The position numbers and the translations under genes were made by a program. Positions 45,624 to 55,709 of a stretch of 64,000 nt of DNA are shown here, one piece after another. Below the pieces are notes generated by a model, which was not told the origin of the DNA, did not search any database, and saw only the letters and a list, made by a program, of their open reading frames with translations. This DNA is from an uncultured Hyphomicrobiales bacterium. Lineage in GTDB: Bacteria; Bacteroidota; Ignavibacteria; Kapaibacteriales; UBA2268. The stretch's first letter is position 1. Each line of letters starts with the position of its first letter. The stretch is taken from NCBI GenBank assembly GCA_964465945.1, contig CAYXMM010000011.1, positions 16,702 through 80,701 on the forward strand. Direction: 5' to 3'.

Positions 45624-47432
45624 ATGAAAAAATACATTCCAGTCATAGTTTCAATCTTTGGTTTTATTATTTATGCTTTAACGGCTTTTCAACATCTTAC
45701 ATATACCGATAATGGTGAATTAGCAGCAGTGGCAGTTACTCTTGGTATCTCCCACCCTACTGGATATCCTTTGTTTATTATTTTATCACATATCTGGAGT
45801 ATGTTACCATTTGGGCTAGACATTGTATATAAATTGAATTTATTTTCTGGTTTTGCAATATCAATTTCTTTATACTTTATTTATAGAATATTTGAAATGA
45901 TTTTAGTTAGTTTTCAAGCGAAGGAATCTACAAATATAATTTTATCTTCAAGTTTGACATTGGCTTTAGCGTTTGGAAATTTAATATGGCAACAAGCAGG
46001 TAATTTTGAAGTATATCCTTTACATATTTTATTTCTTGTTCTGATTATAAACTTTTCGTTAAAGTTGATTTATAGTTTTAATGAGAAGACTTTATTTATT
46101 TTGTTTTTTCTTTTGGGATTAAGTTTTACAAATCATCTAACAACTATACTTATTGTGCCGTCAATGTTATTTTTATTACTTTTTGATACAAATTTTAAAA
46201 TTAGAAGCTTAGAAAGGAAGGTTTATTTAATTGGTTTTGGTCTTTTCTTCTTAGCATTATCAATATATTTATATTTACCAATACGCGCGAGTATGCAACC
46301 TCTATTTAACTGGGGAGATGTGAGTCGAAGTTGGGATAAATTTTTATATCATGTTTCAGGTAAGCAATATCAAGTTTGGATGTTTACAGGGACTGAAGCA
46401 ATGAAAGCAAATTTAGCGAAATTGCCTGAAATACTTTGGGGACAATTTCAATTTTTACTTTTTCCAATTGTTTTGGGTTTGTATTATGCATTTAAAAAGT
46501 CAAGATATATATTCACGTTTTTATTAATTGCAGCTTTGACAACTACTTTTTATTCAATCAACTATACAATTCATGATATTGAACCATATTTTAACTTATT
46601 GATTATTTCACTTGGAGTATTTTCAGTTTACGGAATGATATTGTTAATTAAGAGAAATTCTTATGTTAAATATGTTCCTTTTTTAATTTTCTTTTCGTTG
46701 TTTATCACAAATTATAAGTCGAATGATGATTCTGAAAATAACATTGTTGAGGTGTATACACATAATATGGTTGATTTGTTGGAGCCAAATGCGGTTATTT
46801 TATCTGCACAATGGGATTTTTGGGTGTCGGCTTTCTGGTTTGAGCAATTTATTGAAAATCGAAGAAAAGATGTCATTGTGATAGAGAAAGAGATATTGCG
46901 AAGAACTTGGTATCCTAAGCAATTATTACAATGGTATCCTACTTTAAATTCTTCAAAGCCAGAACTTGATAGATATATGCCACAACTTATGTTATTTGAA
47001 GCGGAAAAACCATATAATCAAATAGAAATCCAAGAATCTTTTGTTAGTTTGCTTAAATCATTTATTGAAAGAAATATTGATAAAAGACCGATTTATTTAA
47101 CATTAGATGTGATGCAAACTGAACCAGAATTGATGAAATCATATATATTAAAGCCAGAGGGCTTGGCGTTCCGTGTTTATAAAGAAGAGCCAATCGTCCA
47201 TTATAGTAAATTGAATAGTTTAATATTAGATGATATTCTTAAAAAGGAGAGTGATTATTTAAATCATTTAGATATTGGAATGAGACAAAATATTGCAACG
47301 ACTTATGTAAATATTGCGAGATTTCATTATAGACAGAATCAATTGGACTCGGCTTTAGTGGCAGCGAAGAAGTCTTTACTTTTTGAAAAGAACAACCAAT
47401 TTGCGAATCAAATGATAAATGAGTTAAAGTAA
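45624..47432 (+). CDS. DUF2723/PMT-like membrane glycosyltransferase family protein with a C-terminal TPR region
   Basis: The likely start is the ATG at 45624 (MKKYIPVIV), although the ORF track begins at 45588. It has more than 10 TM helices followed by a soluble helical-repeat tail. Confidence 0.5.
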   Translation: MKKYIPVIVSIFGFIIYALTAFQHLTYTDNGELAAVAVTLGISHPTGYPLFIILSHIWSMLPFGLDIVYKLNLFSGFAISISLYFIYRIFEMILVSFQAKESTNIILSSSLTLALAFGNLIWQQAGNFEVYPLHILFLVLIINFSLKLIYSFNEKTLFILFFLLGLSFTNHLTTILIVPSMLFLLLFDTNFKIRSLERKVYLIGFGLFFLALSIYLYLPIRASMQPLFNWGDVSRSWDKFLYHVSGKQYQVWMFTGTEAMKANLAKLPEILWGQFQFLLFPIVLGLYYAFKKSRYIFTFLLIAALTTTFYSINYTIHDIEPYFNLLIISLGVFSVYGMILLIKRNSYVKYVPFLIFFSLFITNYKSNDDSENNIVEVYTHNMVDLLEPNAVILSAQWDFWVSAFWFEQFIENRRKDVIVIEKEILRRTWYPKQLLQWYPTLNSSKPELDRYMPQLMLFEAEKPYNQIEIQESFVSLLKSFIERNIDKRPIYLTLDVMQTEPELMKSYILKPEGLAFRVYKEEPIVHYSKLNSLILDDILKKESDYLNHLDIGMRQNIATTYVNIARFHYRQNQLDSALVAAKKSLLFEKNNQFANQMINELK

Positions 47433-47526
47433 ATTAAATGTTTTTAAAATTTATAACTTTATATTTATCTTTACGTTATTAGAAAACTTAGTTTTATTAA
47501 TTACAAATTACAATTATTTACATTTT

Positions 47527-49914
47527 ATGAAGTATATTATTTTTTTGTTATTGCTCTTTACTTATTTGTCAATTAAATCGGCTGTGATATCAGGGAATAT
47601 AAGTGATAAGACAAGCGGAGAAGTGATTATAGGGGCTTCAGTGTCTATTCACGTTATTACTTCTTCTACGGATAGTAGCTTATATAGTATAGTCGAAGGG
47701 CAAAAGGTTATGAATACACCTGTGAAAGGTGCATTTTCTAATCAATATGGCTTTTATTCGATTGCTAATGTAAATGGGGGGAAATATGCTTTAGTAGTAA
47801 AGAGCATTGGCTATGAGGTTTATTATAGAATAATAGAAGTGAAGGAAAATAATATTAGAGTAAATATTGAAATTAATTCAAGTTCGGTTTTGACAGAAGA
47901 GGTTACAGTTGTAGGTGATAAAGATTTTACACCAACAGCGAAGATTTCAAGTGTTGAAATTTCACCTACATTTATAAATAAGATGCCTCAACTTTTTAGT
48001 GAGGTTGATGTGTTTAGAACATTGCAGTTACTTCCTGGGGTAGCATCTGCGAATGAGCTTTCATCTGGTTTGTATGTTAGAGGTGGATCGCCAGACCAAA
48101 ATTTAATATTACTTGATGGAGTAATAGTTTATAATCCATCTCACATGGCTGGATTTTTATCTACATTTAATTCAGATGCTCTCAATGATATAAAATTAAT
48201 AAAGGGGGCGTTGCCTGCTGAATATGGTGGAAGATTATCAGCAGTGCTTGATATGTATATGAAAGAAGGGACAAAAGAAAGGGTATCTGGTAAAGGGGCA
48301 ATTAGTTTAATAAGTTCGAAATTGACATTGGAGGGTCCTATTACGGAGGATGCAACTTTTATGGTTTCTGGGAGGCGGTTTTATTTTGATTTGTTAACAG
48401 CGGCTATGCCTGATGATAATATGCCACAGTATTACTTTTATGATTTGAATGGGAAAGTGAATATAAAGTTAGGTGAAAATGATAGGATTTTTGCTTCTGG
48501 TTATTTTGGAAGAGATGTAATGGATTATAATGAGAAGAATTTTTCTGATGAGGAGGGCATAGATTTTAATTGGGGAAATAAGACGTTTAATTTAAGGTGG
48601 AAGCATATTGCGAGTCCTGTTCTCTTTACAAACTTTTCTTTAATTTACACAAACTATAATTCTAAACTTTCATTAACTAATTCATTCAATACAGGGGAAG
48701 GTGTTGATAATTCATCTTTTGCTTCTGTTTCTGGGATTGAAGATTTTACATTTAATGGAAAAAGTGAGTATTTTGGAATTGATAATCATTTAATAAAAGT
48801 TGGGTTTGAATTTACTAAACATCAGTTTGTATCAGGGGTTACAAGTAATTTTGCACCTGGTGAATTTATAGATGGGTTGATTAATGATAGAAAAATTGAT
48901 GCGATAGATTTAGCGATTTATGCGCAAGATGAATGGAAAATTACTGATAAGTTATCTACGAATTATGGTACAAGGTTGTATTATTTCCAACAGGGTGATT
49001 ATATTAAATTTGAACCTCGATTTTCTCTTTCTTACCAATTAACTGATAGAACTACGCTTGTTGGTTCAGCAGCAGCGGCAAATCAGTTTTTACATTTGAT
49101 TGTTAGGAATGATATTAATCTACCGACTGATTTGTGGTTTCCATCTACAAGCAAGGTTGCTCCAGAGTATTCAACTCAAGCGGTTCTTGGGGTACATAAT
49201 AAGTTAGGTAAAGATAGGTCTTGGACTTTGAATATTGAAGGTTATTATAAAGATATGCAGAATTTGTTAGAGTATAAGCAGGATGCTCAGTTTACACTTG
49301 GGACTCCTGTTGAATCTCAATTTACAAAAGGATTTGGTTGGGCTTATGGATTGGAAGTGTTTTTAGAAAAGAAGATTGGAAAGTTTACAGGTTGGATCGG
49401 TTATACACTTGCTTTGACGAAAAGAAAATTTGCTGAATTAAATAATGGAAATTCTTTTTTTCCAAGGTATGATAGGCGACATGATTTTTCAATTGTTACT
49501 ACATTTGAGATAAGTGAAAGTTGGGAAGTGGGTGCTTCATGGATTTATGCGACAGGGCAAGCTTATACAATGCCAACTGGACTTTATCAAGATGTAGGTT
49601 TGAATGGAACAATAAATGGCGGGTTTGATGGTATGAGTTCAGTTTGGGGCTCAAAGTATCAATATACTGATAGGAATGGTTTTAGGTTGCCAAGTTATCA
49701 TCGTTTAGATTTGAATTTAATGTATAAATATAAGTGGTTTGGCTTGCCTTGGGTGGCGTCAATTAATGTGTTTAATACTTATAATAGGAAAAATCCTTTT
49801 GCTTGGTATATTGATACAGATTATGATGAGAGTAGGGGTAAGGATGTTAAAAAACTTACTCAAATGACATTATTTCCAATTATTCCAACTGTTGGTTTGA
49901 GTTTTGAATTTTAA
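47527..49914 (+). CDS. TonB-dependent receptor with an N-terminal carboxypeptidase-regulatory-like domain
   Basis: It has a signal peptide, a CarbopepD_reg-like segment (ISGNISDKTSGEVIIGASV), a plug/barrel and a C-terminal Phe. Confidence 0.8.
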   Translation: MKYIIFLLLLFTYLSIKSAVISGNISDKTSGEVIIGASVSIHVITSSTDSSLYSIVEGQKVMNTPVKGAFSNQYGFYSIANVNGGKYALVVKSIGYEVYYRIIEVKENNIRVNIEINSSSVLTEEVTVVGDKDFTPTAKISSVEISPTFINKMPQLFSEVDVFRTLQLLPGVASANELSSGLYVRGGSPDQNLILLDGVIVYNPSHMAGFLSTFNSDALNDIKLIKGALPAEYGGRLSAVLDMYMKEGTKERVSGKGAISLISSKLTLEGPITEDATFMVSGRRFYFDLLTAAMPDDNMPQYYFYDLNGKVNIKLGENDRIFASGYFGRDVMDYNEKNFSDEEGIDFNWGNKTFNLRWKHIASPVLFTNFSLIYTNYNSKLSLTNSFNTGEGVDNSSFASVSGIEDFTFNGKSEYFGIDNHLIKVGFEFTKHQFVSGVTSNFAPGEFIDGLINDRKIDAIDLAIYAQDEWKITDKLSTNYGTRLYYFQQGDYIKFEPRFSLSYQLTDRTTLVGSAAAANQFLHLIVRNDINLPTDLWFPSTSKVAPEYSTQAVLGVHNKLGKDRSWTLNIEGYYKDMQNLLEYKQDAQFTLGTPVESQFTKGFGWAYGLEVFLEKKIGKFTGWIGYTLALTKRKFAELNNGNSFFPRYDRRHDFSIVTTFEISESWEVGASWIYATGQAYTMPTGLYQDVGLNGTINGGFDGMSSVWGSKYQYTDRNGFRLPSYHRLDLNLMYKYKWFGLPWVASINVFNTYNRKNPFAWYIDTDYDESRGKDVKKLTQMTLFPIIPTVGLSFEF

Positions 49915-49923
49915 GGTAGAAAT

Positions 49924-50790
49924 ATGAGAAAGATAATATATTTATTAATTTTAGTTGTTTTAGTTTCTTGTGAGGAAGATGTAAATGGTGAATTACCGTT
50001 TAAAGAGCAAATAGTGATTAGTTCAATTTTGAGTTCAAACCAGAAATTAACAAAGATTGCAACAAGTGTTTCAAGTGGTGAGTCTTTCGTGCATCTCGGC
50101 AAGACAATTTATCCTCTTGATGAATTAGACACAAATAATGCCTTTATTAAAGTAGCAAAGGTAACTATAAGTTCGGAGAATCAAAATTATCAACTAAGAT
50201 ATTCTAAAATGGGTTATTGGGTTAATGATGAGTTTATCCCAGAAGAAGGTGAAAAATACAAGATTGAAGTTATTTATAATGGGAAAACGGCGACGGCTGA
50301 AACTACAGTTCCGATTTATTCAGTTGAGAAGATTAAATTAGAACATATTATAAGAAAAGTTAATAGCCCGTTTGATGGTAGTGAAGTTTATTTATTAGGG
50401 TTTCTTCAAACATTGAAAGTCAATACTTCTGAATTCTTTTTAATTATTTCAGATATAAACTATTATGATAATTTAATTTATAGTAAGAATTTTGATAATT
50501 TAGCTATAACAAATAGAACTGTGAGTGGCGAATTTAAGTATGCAATTTTAAGTTACCAATTACAAGATTTATCAGATACATTAAGTTTAAAAGAGGTTAG
50601 ATATTTTTCTTATGATTTATTCGACCCTTCAATTCAAAAATTTTGGGATTCAAGATATGAAGGAAGTGAGTCAAATGGGCTATTCAGTTCGGGTGGCTTG
50701 AATAGAGAAGGGAACATCAAAAATGGAGTTGGTTTCTTTTATGGAAATACATATAAGATTGATTCAATTGATGTTGATTTTAGTCGTTAA
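49924..50790 (+). CDS. DUF4249-family lipoprotein, the usual partner of Bacteroidota-type TonB-dependent receptors
   Basis: It has the lipobox LVSC and sits immediately downstream of the receptor gene. Confidence 0.6.
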   Translation: MRKIIYLLILVVLVSCEEDVNGELPFKEQIVISSILSSNQKLTKIATSVSSGESFVHLGKTIYPLDELDTNNAFIKVAKVTISSENQNYQLRYSKMGYWVNDEFIPEEGEKYKIEVIYNGKTATAETTVPIYSVEKIKLEHIIRKVNSPFDGSEVYLLGFLQTLKVNTSEFFLIISDINYYDNLIYSKNFDNLAITNRTVSGEFKYAILSYQLQDLSDTLSLKEVRYFSYDLFDPSIQKFWDSRYEGSESNGLFSSGGLNREGNIKNGVGFFYGNTYKIDSIDVDFSR

Positions 50791-51046
50791 TTTCCACTTC
50801 CCATGAATCATTTGTTAGGTGAATAATTTTTAAATTCACGGTTTTAAACTTGTTAAGTTTGAATAGTTCTTTAATATAAACAACAAAGGGGTCTTTGTGA
50901 CTTGTGTTTGTTGGTTTATATTCATCTTTAGAAATTTTTAATGGAATGAGTTTAAATTCAATTCCATTTTTAATTACTCCACCATAGAAAGTAATATGGT
51001 CGTTAATTATAGCACCATTATCTCGATTAATTACCCCTTTTAACAT
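50780..51046 (-). CDS. Hypothetical small protein downstream of the methyltransferase
   Basis: It is an 88-aa ORF. No family was recognised. Confidence 0.3.
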   Translation of the reverse strand: MLKGVINRDNGAIINDHITFYGGVIKNGIEFKLIPLKISKDEYKPTNTSHKDPFVVYIKELFKLNKFKTVNLKIIHLTNDSWEVEIND

Positions 51047-51179
51047 AATTACCTTAAAATTTGTCGTTTATTTTAAGTAATTAATAATTTAGATGCGATT
51101 TTGTTACATTTTTTTGAAAATATTTTTAAAATGTTGAAAAGTTTGTATTTTAAAAAGTAAATTTTTGTCATATTTTATT

Positions 51180-52154
51180 TCAGTTATGTTTACTTTTAAT
51201 TAGTATTCTAAAATAAGGATATTTGCCATTAATTGACAAATCTTTACCATCGTTCCCTTTTCTGAATTTAACTATTTCAAATTGCTCGGGATTAAATTTA
51301 TGTAAAAAAGTAATAGGTACCCCCATATAGCCCTTATAGTCTATCGGTATATCTTGTGTCTGATTTACATTAATTCCCTCATAATTATCATATTTTGGAT
51401 ATTCATTTTCATTACCTATATATCTTTTAGTAAGTTTAATATTTTTATGTCGCTCAGAAATATCTAAGTTGGTAAGCCACAAGCAATTATTTGGAGATAC
51501 TATTCTGTTACCTAAATTATCAATACGTGCCTCTGTACCATAAAGATTATAATACTCTGGAACAATAAAACCTGAAATACCTCTTCCTAGATTTATACCT
51601 AACCATGCTTTATTTTCTTTAATTAGTTTAAAAATTTCTTTATAGGTTATTGCATTAATATTTCCAATTATTAAGAACTTTTTATCGTATTTAACTAGTT
51701 GAGCAACATACTCTCTAAATAGTGAAAAAGGAGGGTTGGTAACAACAATATCAGATTGCTTTAATAAATTAATACTTTCTGAACTACGAAAATCTCCATC
51801 GCCATTAAAATATATAATATCTAGTGAACTAAATGTATTCTCATCTAATTCTTTACCAACATACTCACAGAAAAATCCTTTTTTCTCTTCTTGATTGCTA
51901 AATAAATCGTTGTTTCGTTCTATATAACATGAAGCAATTAATTTCTTAAGACCTAATTCTTTAAAGTTTAGGGCAAAGTATTTGAAAAAATTACTACTTC
52001 GGGGGTCATCGCAGTTACAATAAACTACTTTATTTTTAAAATGATCTTTATAATGTTTTAATTCACTTTCAATATCAATAAGTTGAGTGTAAAACTCATC
52101 ACTCTTTGATTTTTTTGCTTTTTGCAATAATTTATTTGTTGAATTTCTTGCCAT
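51180..52154 (-). CDS. N6-adenine DNA methyltransferase of the EcoRI type, predicted to modify GAATTC
   Basis: It is 324 aa. The N terminus MARNSTNKLLQKAKKSKSDEFYTQ...VVYCNCDDPRSSNFFKYFALNF...VTNPPFSLF is near-identical to my recollection of M.EcoRI (MARNATNKLLHKAKKSKSDEFYTQ..., 326 aa). The NPPF catalytic motif is present. Confidence 0.8.
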   Translation of the reverse strand: MARNSTNKLLQKAKKSKSDEFYTQLIDIESELKHYKDHFKNKVVYCNCDDPRSSNFFKYFALNFKELGLKKLIASCYIERNNDLFSNQEEKKGFFCEYVGKELDENTFSSLDIIYFNGDGDFRSSESINLLKQSDIVVTNPPFSLFREYVAQLVKYDKKFLIIGNINAITYKEIFKLIKENKAWLGINLGRGISGFIVPEYYNLYGTEARIDNLGNRIVSPNNCLWLTNLDISERHKNIKLTKRYIGNENEYPKYDNYEGINVNQTQDIPIDYKGYMGVPITFLHKFNPEQFEIVKFRKGNDGKDLSINGKYPYFRILIKSKHN

Positions 52155-52178
52155 TTTAAATCTTTCTTGCTTAATAAA

Positions 52179-53013
52179 TTACTTTTGTTTTGTTAACTGA
52201 ACAAATAGATCGCTACCTAATATTTGAAGAGAGGTTTTGGAAATATCAAGCATAATATCAAACATACTTTTTTCATTCCACTTCCCACCTTTTCCTTGAG
52301 TATATATAGATGTTGATTGAAGCATTATTGATTTATCTTTATGCTTAATGTACTTATTCTTGCACAAGTTAGTGTTAATTGGTAATCCATAGTTTGCAGA
52401 AGTTAATCTATCTAATCTATTAAGCATTCCTGAATTGTATTCTAATGTAACAACTCTACCATCTGGTCTTTTAATTGAAATAGTTTCGGTTAGAAAATTT
52501 GAACCTTCAAGAAATAAGACGTAAGGAAAATGAGATTCTGATAACATTAAATTAGCGATTTCTGAAATGTTTTTATGTGACCTTTCAATTGCATTACCAG
52601 CTGCCATAAGGTCTTGATTATTTCCTTTACCAACAAGTTTTCCACTTTTGATATTTTCTATATCTTTTCCTTGATGTTTAGCTTCAGATATTAATATTAT
52701 TCTCCAATTTCCATAATCATCTTTAACTTCTATTATTCCTCCATCGGGTTTAATACTTGAATTTGATACAAACAGAGTTTGCCCTAATTCAGGATCAATT
52801 TTTTGTAATGCTTCATTAATTTCCTTTTACTTATATTTGTCTTGTATTTAAAAGATAATTGTGGAAAATCTTTTTTAAGTTGGTTAATTATTTGGTTTGA
52901 AATTTTTCCAACAGTGGGGTCAAGTGATTTTGCTCCATCACCAAATATACCAACAACTCCTTTAGATTCTTCGTGCTGATTCGTTAATCTTTCAGATTGA
53001 TTTTTTTAGACAT
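52179..53013 (-). pseudogene. R.EcoRI-homologue restriction endonuclease gene disrupted by two -1 frameshifts
   Basis: Its C-terminal 142 aa (MAAGNAIERSHKNISEIANLMLSESHFPYVLFLEGSNFLTE...) is near-identical to EcoRI endonuclease residues about 137-277 as I recall them. The N-terminal half is readable only across three frames. MSKK reads in frame 0. Then QSERLTNQHEESKGVVGIFGD...QLSFKYKTNISK follows after a slip in the A7 run (plus-strand T7 at 53001-53007). Then KEINEALQKIDPELGQTLFVSNSSIKPDGGIIEVKDDYGNWRIILISEAKHQGKD follows after a slip in an A4 run (plus-strand TTTT at 52826-52829). Restoring one A at each site would give a continuous protein of about 278 aa with the PD...EAK catalytic residues. 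Confidence 0.75.
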
Positions 53014-53190
53014 ATATTTATTTTATAATGTTATTTAATGCAAAAATACAAACTTTATTCTTTTACTAAAAAAATAAAAGCAGTCTTTATCATTGAAATA
53101 AATTCGTTTTTATAATTAAAAGTTTTAGTTTATAATTTTTCATATAAAATAAAAAAAGAAATATTAATCAGAATCTTGGATTTTAAGGTT

Positions 53191-54348
53191 TTAAAAGAAA
53201 GGAAAGAGTTTTACAATTATGATAAAAGCAATTAAAATTTGGAATACATATTTGCTAACTTTGTATTTTTTTAGTAGGAAATCAATCATATATACTGACA
53301 ATAGGGTAAGGGAAACTACTAGAAAGACAAGTAGCAAAGTTTTGCTTAAATCAAATATGTTTAGCTTAAAGTATCCTTGGAATGCGGGGGTGTATAGAAA
53401 GAAATTATAGATGAAATATAGGTGTATAACATAAACTAATAATGATCTTTTTCCGAACATTAAGACAATGTGTTTTTTGGTTAGTAATTCATCAATAAAG
53501 CTTGCGATAAATATGTATACAAATGTAATGGATAATCTAAAAAGTATTAAACCAATAGATAGTCTATCCATATATAAAATGGATTGAAAGAAACTGCCTT
53601 CATAACTATGTTGTAAATAGAAGATTATGAATATTGTAGTTGCTAATATAAGTGACGATATTCTGATATAAGATTTATGTTCATATTTAGTTTTCTTTAA
53701 CATTAGTCCAAAAACAATTCCAGCAAAGAAGTATGCTGCTGTTGGAAAAATTGGGAAAATTGAGCCGTAATTAAAAGTAAAATAAGAAGCAAAGAATGGG
53801 TGTATACCTTCGTATAATTTATAACTTTCAATTAAATGCCCACCAAAGCTGAATATTAATATAAGAAATCCTGAAACAATTAGATGTGCAATTTCACTTT
53901 TGATGAATTTCATTAAAATGACGTTCATTATTAAACAAACGCCAATTAGTTGAAGGATATTAACTTCAAATAATCGTAAAAGACGCTGGTCGCTCATTAC
54001 AAGCATATCCATTAATGAGCCAGGTAAATGTAAAAGTAGTGAGAGAATAACTAATGAAATACCGAGGATAATTCGTTTACGAAAAGTTTTTTTATGAATA
54101 TTCCCAAATTCATCTCTTTTATTTGCGAAGATTTGGACAGCGCCTGACACGACTAAAAAGACGGGTGCAGTAAATCCCCTATTTAGTTCCCAAAGTAGCC
54201 ACCAGAATGAGCCAGTGTGAATAGTAGTTGTGTCTAAAAAAGCATAGATTGTGTGACCTTGCATCATTAAAACCATAGCAATAAAACGGGTTAAATCAAA
54301 GATAGTAATCCGTTTTTTTGGTTTTTCTATGATGTGGTCTTTTGTCAT
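53191..54348 (-). CDS. Acyltransferase-3/DUF1624-like integral membrane protein
   Basis: It has about 10 TM helices, and the N terminus reads RITIFDLTRFIAMVLMMQGH. Confidence 0.5.
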   Translation of the reverse strand: MTKDHIIEKPKKRITIFDLTRFIAMVLMMQGHTIYAFLDTTTIHTGSFWWLLWELNRGFTAPVFLVVSGAVQIFANKRDEFGNIHKKTFRKRIILGISLVILSLLLHLPGSLMDMLVMSDQRLLRLFEVNILQLIGVCLIMNVILMKFIKSEIAHLIVSGFLILIFSFGGHLIESYKLYEGIHPFFASYFTFNYGSIFPIFPTAAYFFAGIVFGLMLKKTKYEHKSYIRISSLILATTIFIIFYLQHSYEGSFFQSILYMDRLSIGLILFRLSITFVYIFIASFIDELLTKKHIVLMFGKRSLLVYVIHLYFIYNFFLYTPAFQGYFKLNIFDLSKTLLLVFLVVSLTLLSVYMIDFLLKKYKVSKYVFQILIAFIIIVKLFPFF

Positions 54349-54349
54349 A

Positions 54350-54997
54350 TTAAAATAATGTTAAACCACTATCGACTTGCTCTTCTTCTTTAATTTCTTC
54401 TCTTTTTAAAATTGGATTTTCAGGGTCAATAACTTTTAAATCAACTAAGTCCCAGAATATTTTTGCTGTGTTTTGAATATCAATAAGAGCATTGTGGGCA
54501 TCTTTAAATGCTTCGCCATAAAGTTTTCTGCTTAGGTCGGCTAGACTTGGGAATTTATATCCTCCTCTTGTACTTGGTAATTTTAAGTAATCTACAGTCG
54601 ATTCCATTGTGCAGATTTTCTTTTTATTTGGTAGAGAGCTTGTGATAAATTCGCGTAAGAATTCTGCGCTTAAGACTTTATCATCGAAGTTGATATTATG
54701 TGCGATGATGTAATCAGACTTATCAATAATTGCATTAAATATATTTAAAACTTTTTTCAATGGTGCGCCAAATTTAATTGCATCATCATTGTAAATTTTA
54801 TGAATGCGAGATACCTCAGCAGGAATGGAAAAACCATCTGGTTTAATTATATAATCACCTTGTGAAATTAATTTTCTATTAATATCATATTCAACCCACG
54901 CAATTTGAACTATTCGGGGCCAATTACTTAAATCTTTAATTGGGGCATTCCAATCTCTTGGAAGTCCAGTTGTTTCTGTGTCAAAAAATAAATACAT
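54350..54997 (-). CDS. DEDD-type 3'-5' exonuclease (DnaQ/epsilon-like)
   Basis: The motifs FFDTETTGLP (Exo I), AHNINFDDKVL (Exo II) and HNALIDIQNTAKIF (Exo III) are present. Confidence 0.8.
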   Translation of the reverse strand: MYLFFDTETTGLPRDWNAPIKDLSNWPRIVQIAWVEYDINRKLISQGDYIIKPDGFSIPAEVSRIHKIYNDDAIKFGAPLKKVLNIFNAIIDKSDYIIAHNINFDDKVLSAEFLREFITSSLPNKKKICTMESTVDYLKLPSTRGGYKFPSLADLSRKLYGEAFKDAHNALIDIQNTAKIFWDLVDLKVIDPENPILKREEIKEEEQVDSGLTLF

Positions 54998-55003
54998 TAG
55001 TTC

Positions 55004-55675
55004 TTATAAATTATTAACTACTAAATAAATTGAACCCTTATATCTTTTACCTTTTGCTTGTTTGCCTTGAGGTGGTAAATTTTGAGGGTCATAAACTGCT
55101 TTTGAATCTATGTTTAGCTCTGCTCTAACTCTATTATTTTGAAAATACTTTTTTAATTCTTCTGCTCTTTGCATAGTTACTGTGTTGTTTCCTTCTTTTT
55201 CTGGATAAACTTCAATAGTAAATTTTGCTCGTGGGTTAGAACGTAATATTTTTACATAATCATCTAAAAACAAGTCAGAGCCAGGTCTTATTTTGCTACT
55301 TCTTGTATCAAATGGAATGACTTTGAAAGCTAATTTAGCTCCTGCTTCCATAATTTTCATTTCGACATCTTTTGAAAGTTCGCTATATTTGTCAGTGTTT
55401 GGGACATTAATTTCGAAAGTGTTTTCGAAATACCCTTTTGAGTCAATAGTAATGTGATATGTTTCACCAGGTTTCAACCCTGTAATAAAGTATTTACCAT
55501 TGCAACGAGTTTTGTTGATTGTTTCACCTTTATCATTAGTAACAATTACGTTTCCGTTAACAGGAGCATTGTCTACATTTTTAACGACCCCAGTAACTGA
55601 CACAACTGTTTCCATATATTGCGCTTGCAATGAAAAAGTTATCAAAAAAATTATTAAGAATAGGTAAAATTTCAT
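55004..55675 (-). CDS. OmpA-family protein with an N-terminal carboxypeptidase-regulatory-like domain
   Basis: It has a signal peptide, a beta-sandwich region, and a C-terminal OmpA-like segment. Confidence 0.5.
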   Translation of the reverse strand: MKFYLFLIIFLITFSLQAQYMETVVSVTGVVKNVDNAPVNGNVIVTNDKGETINKTRCNGKYFITGLKPGETYHITIDSKGYFENTFEINVPNTDKYSELSKDVEMKIMEAGAKLAFKVIPFDTRSSKIRPGSDLFLDDYVKILRSNPRAKFTIEVYPEKEGNNTVTMQRAEELKKYFQNNRVRAELNIDSKAVYDPQNLPPQGKQAKGKRYKGSIYLVVNNL

Positions 55676-55709
55676 TTGACCCCCGTAATTATAAATAAAA
55701 ATATATTTT

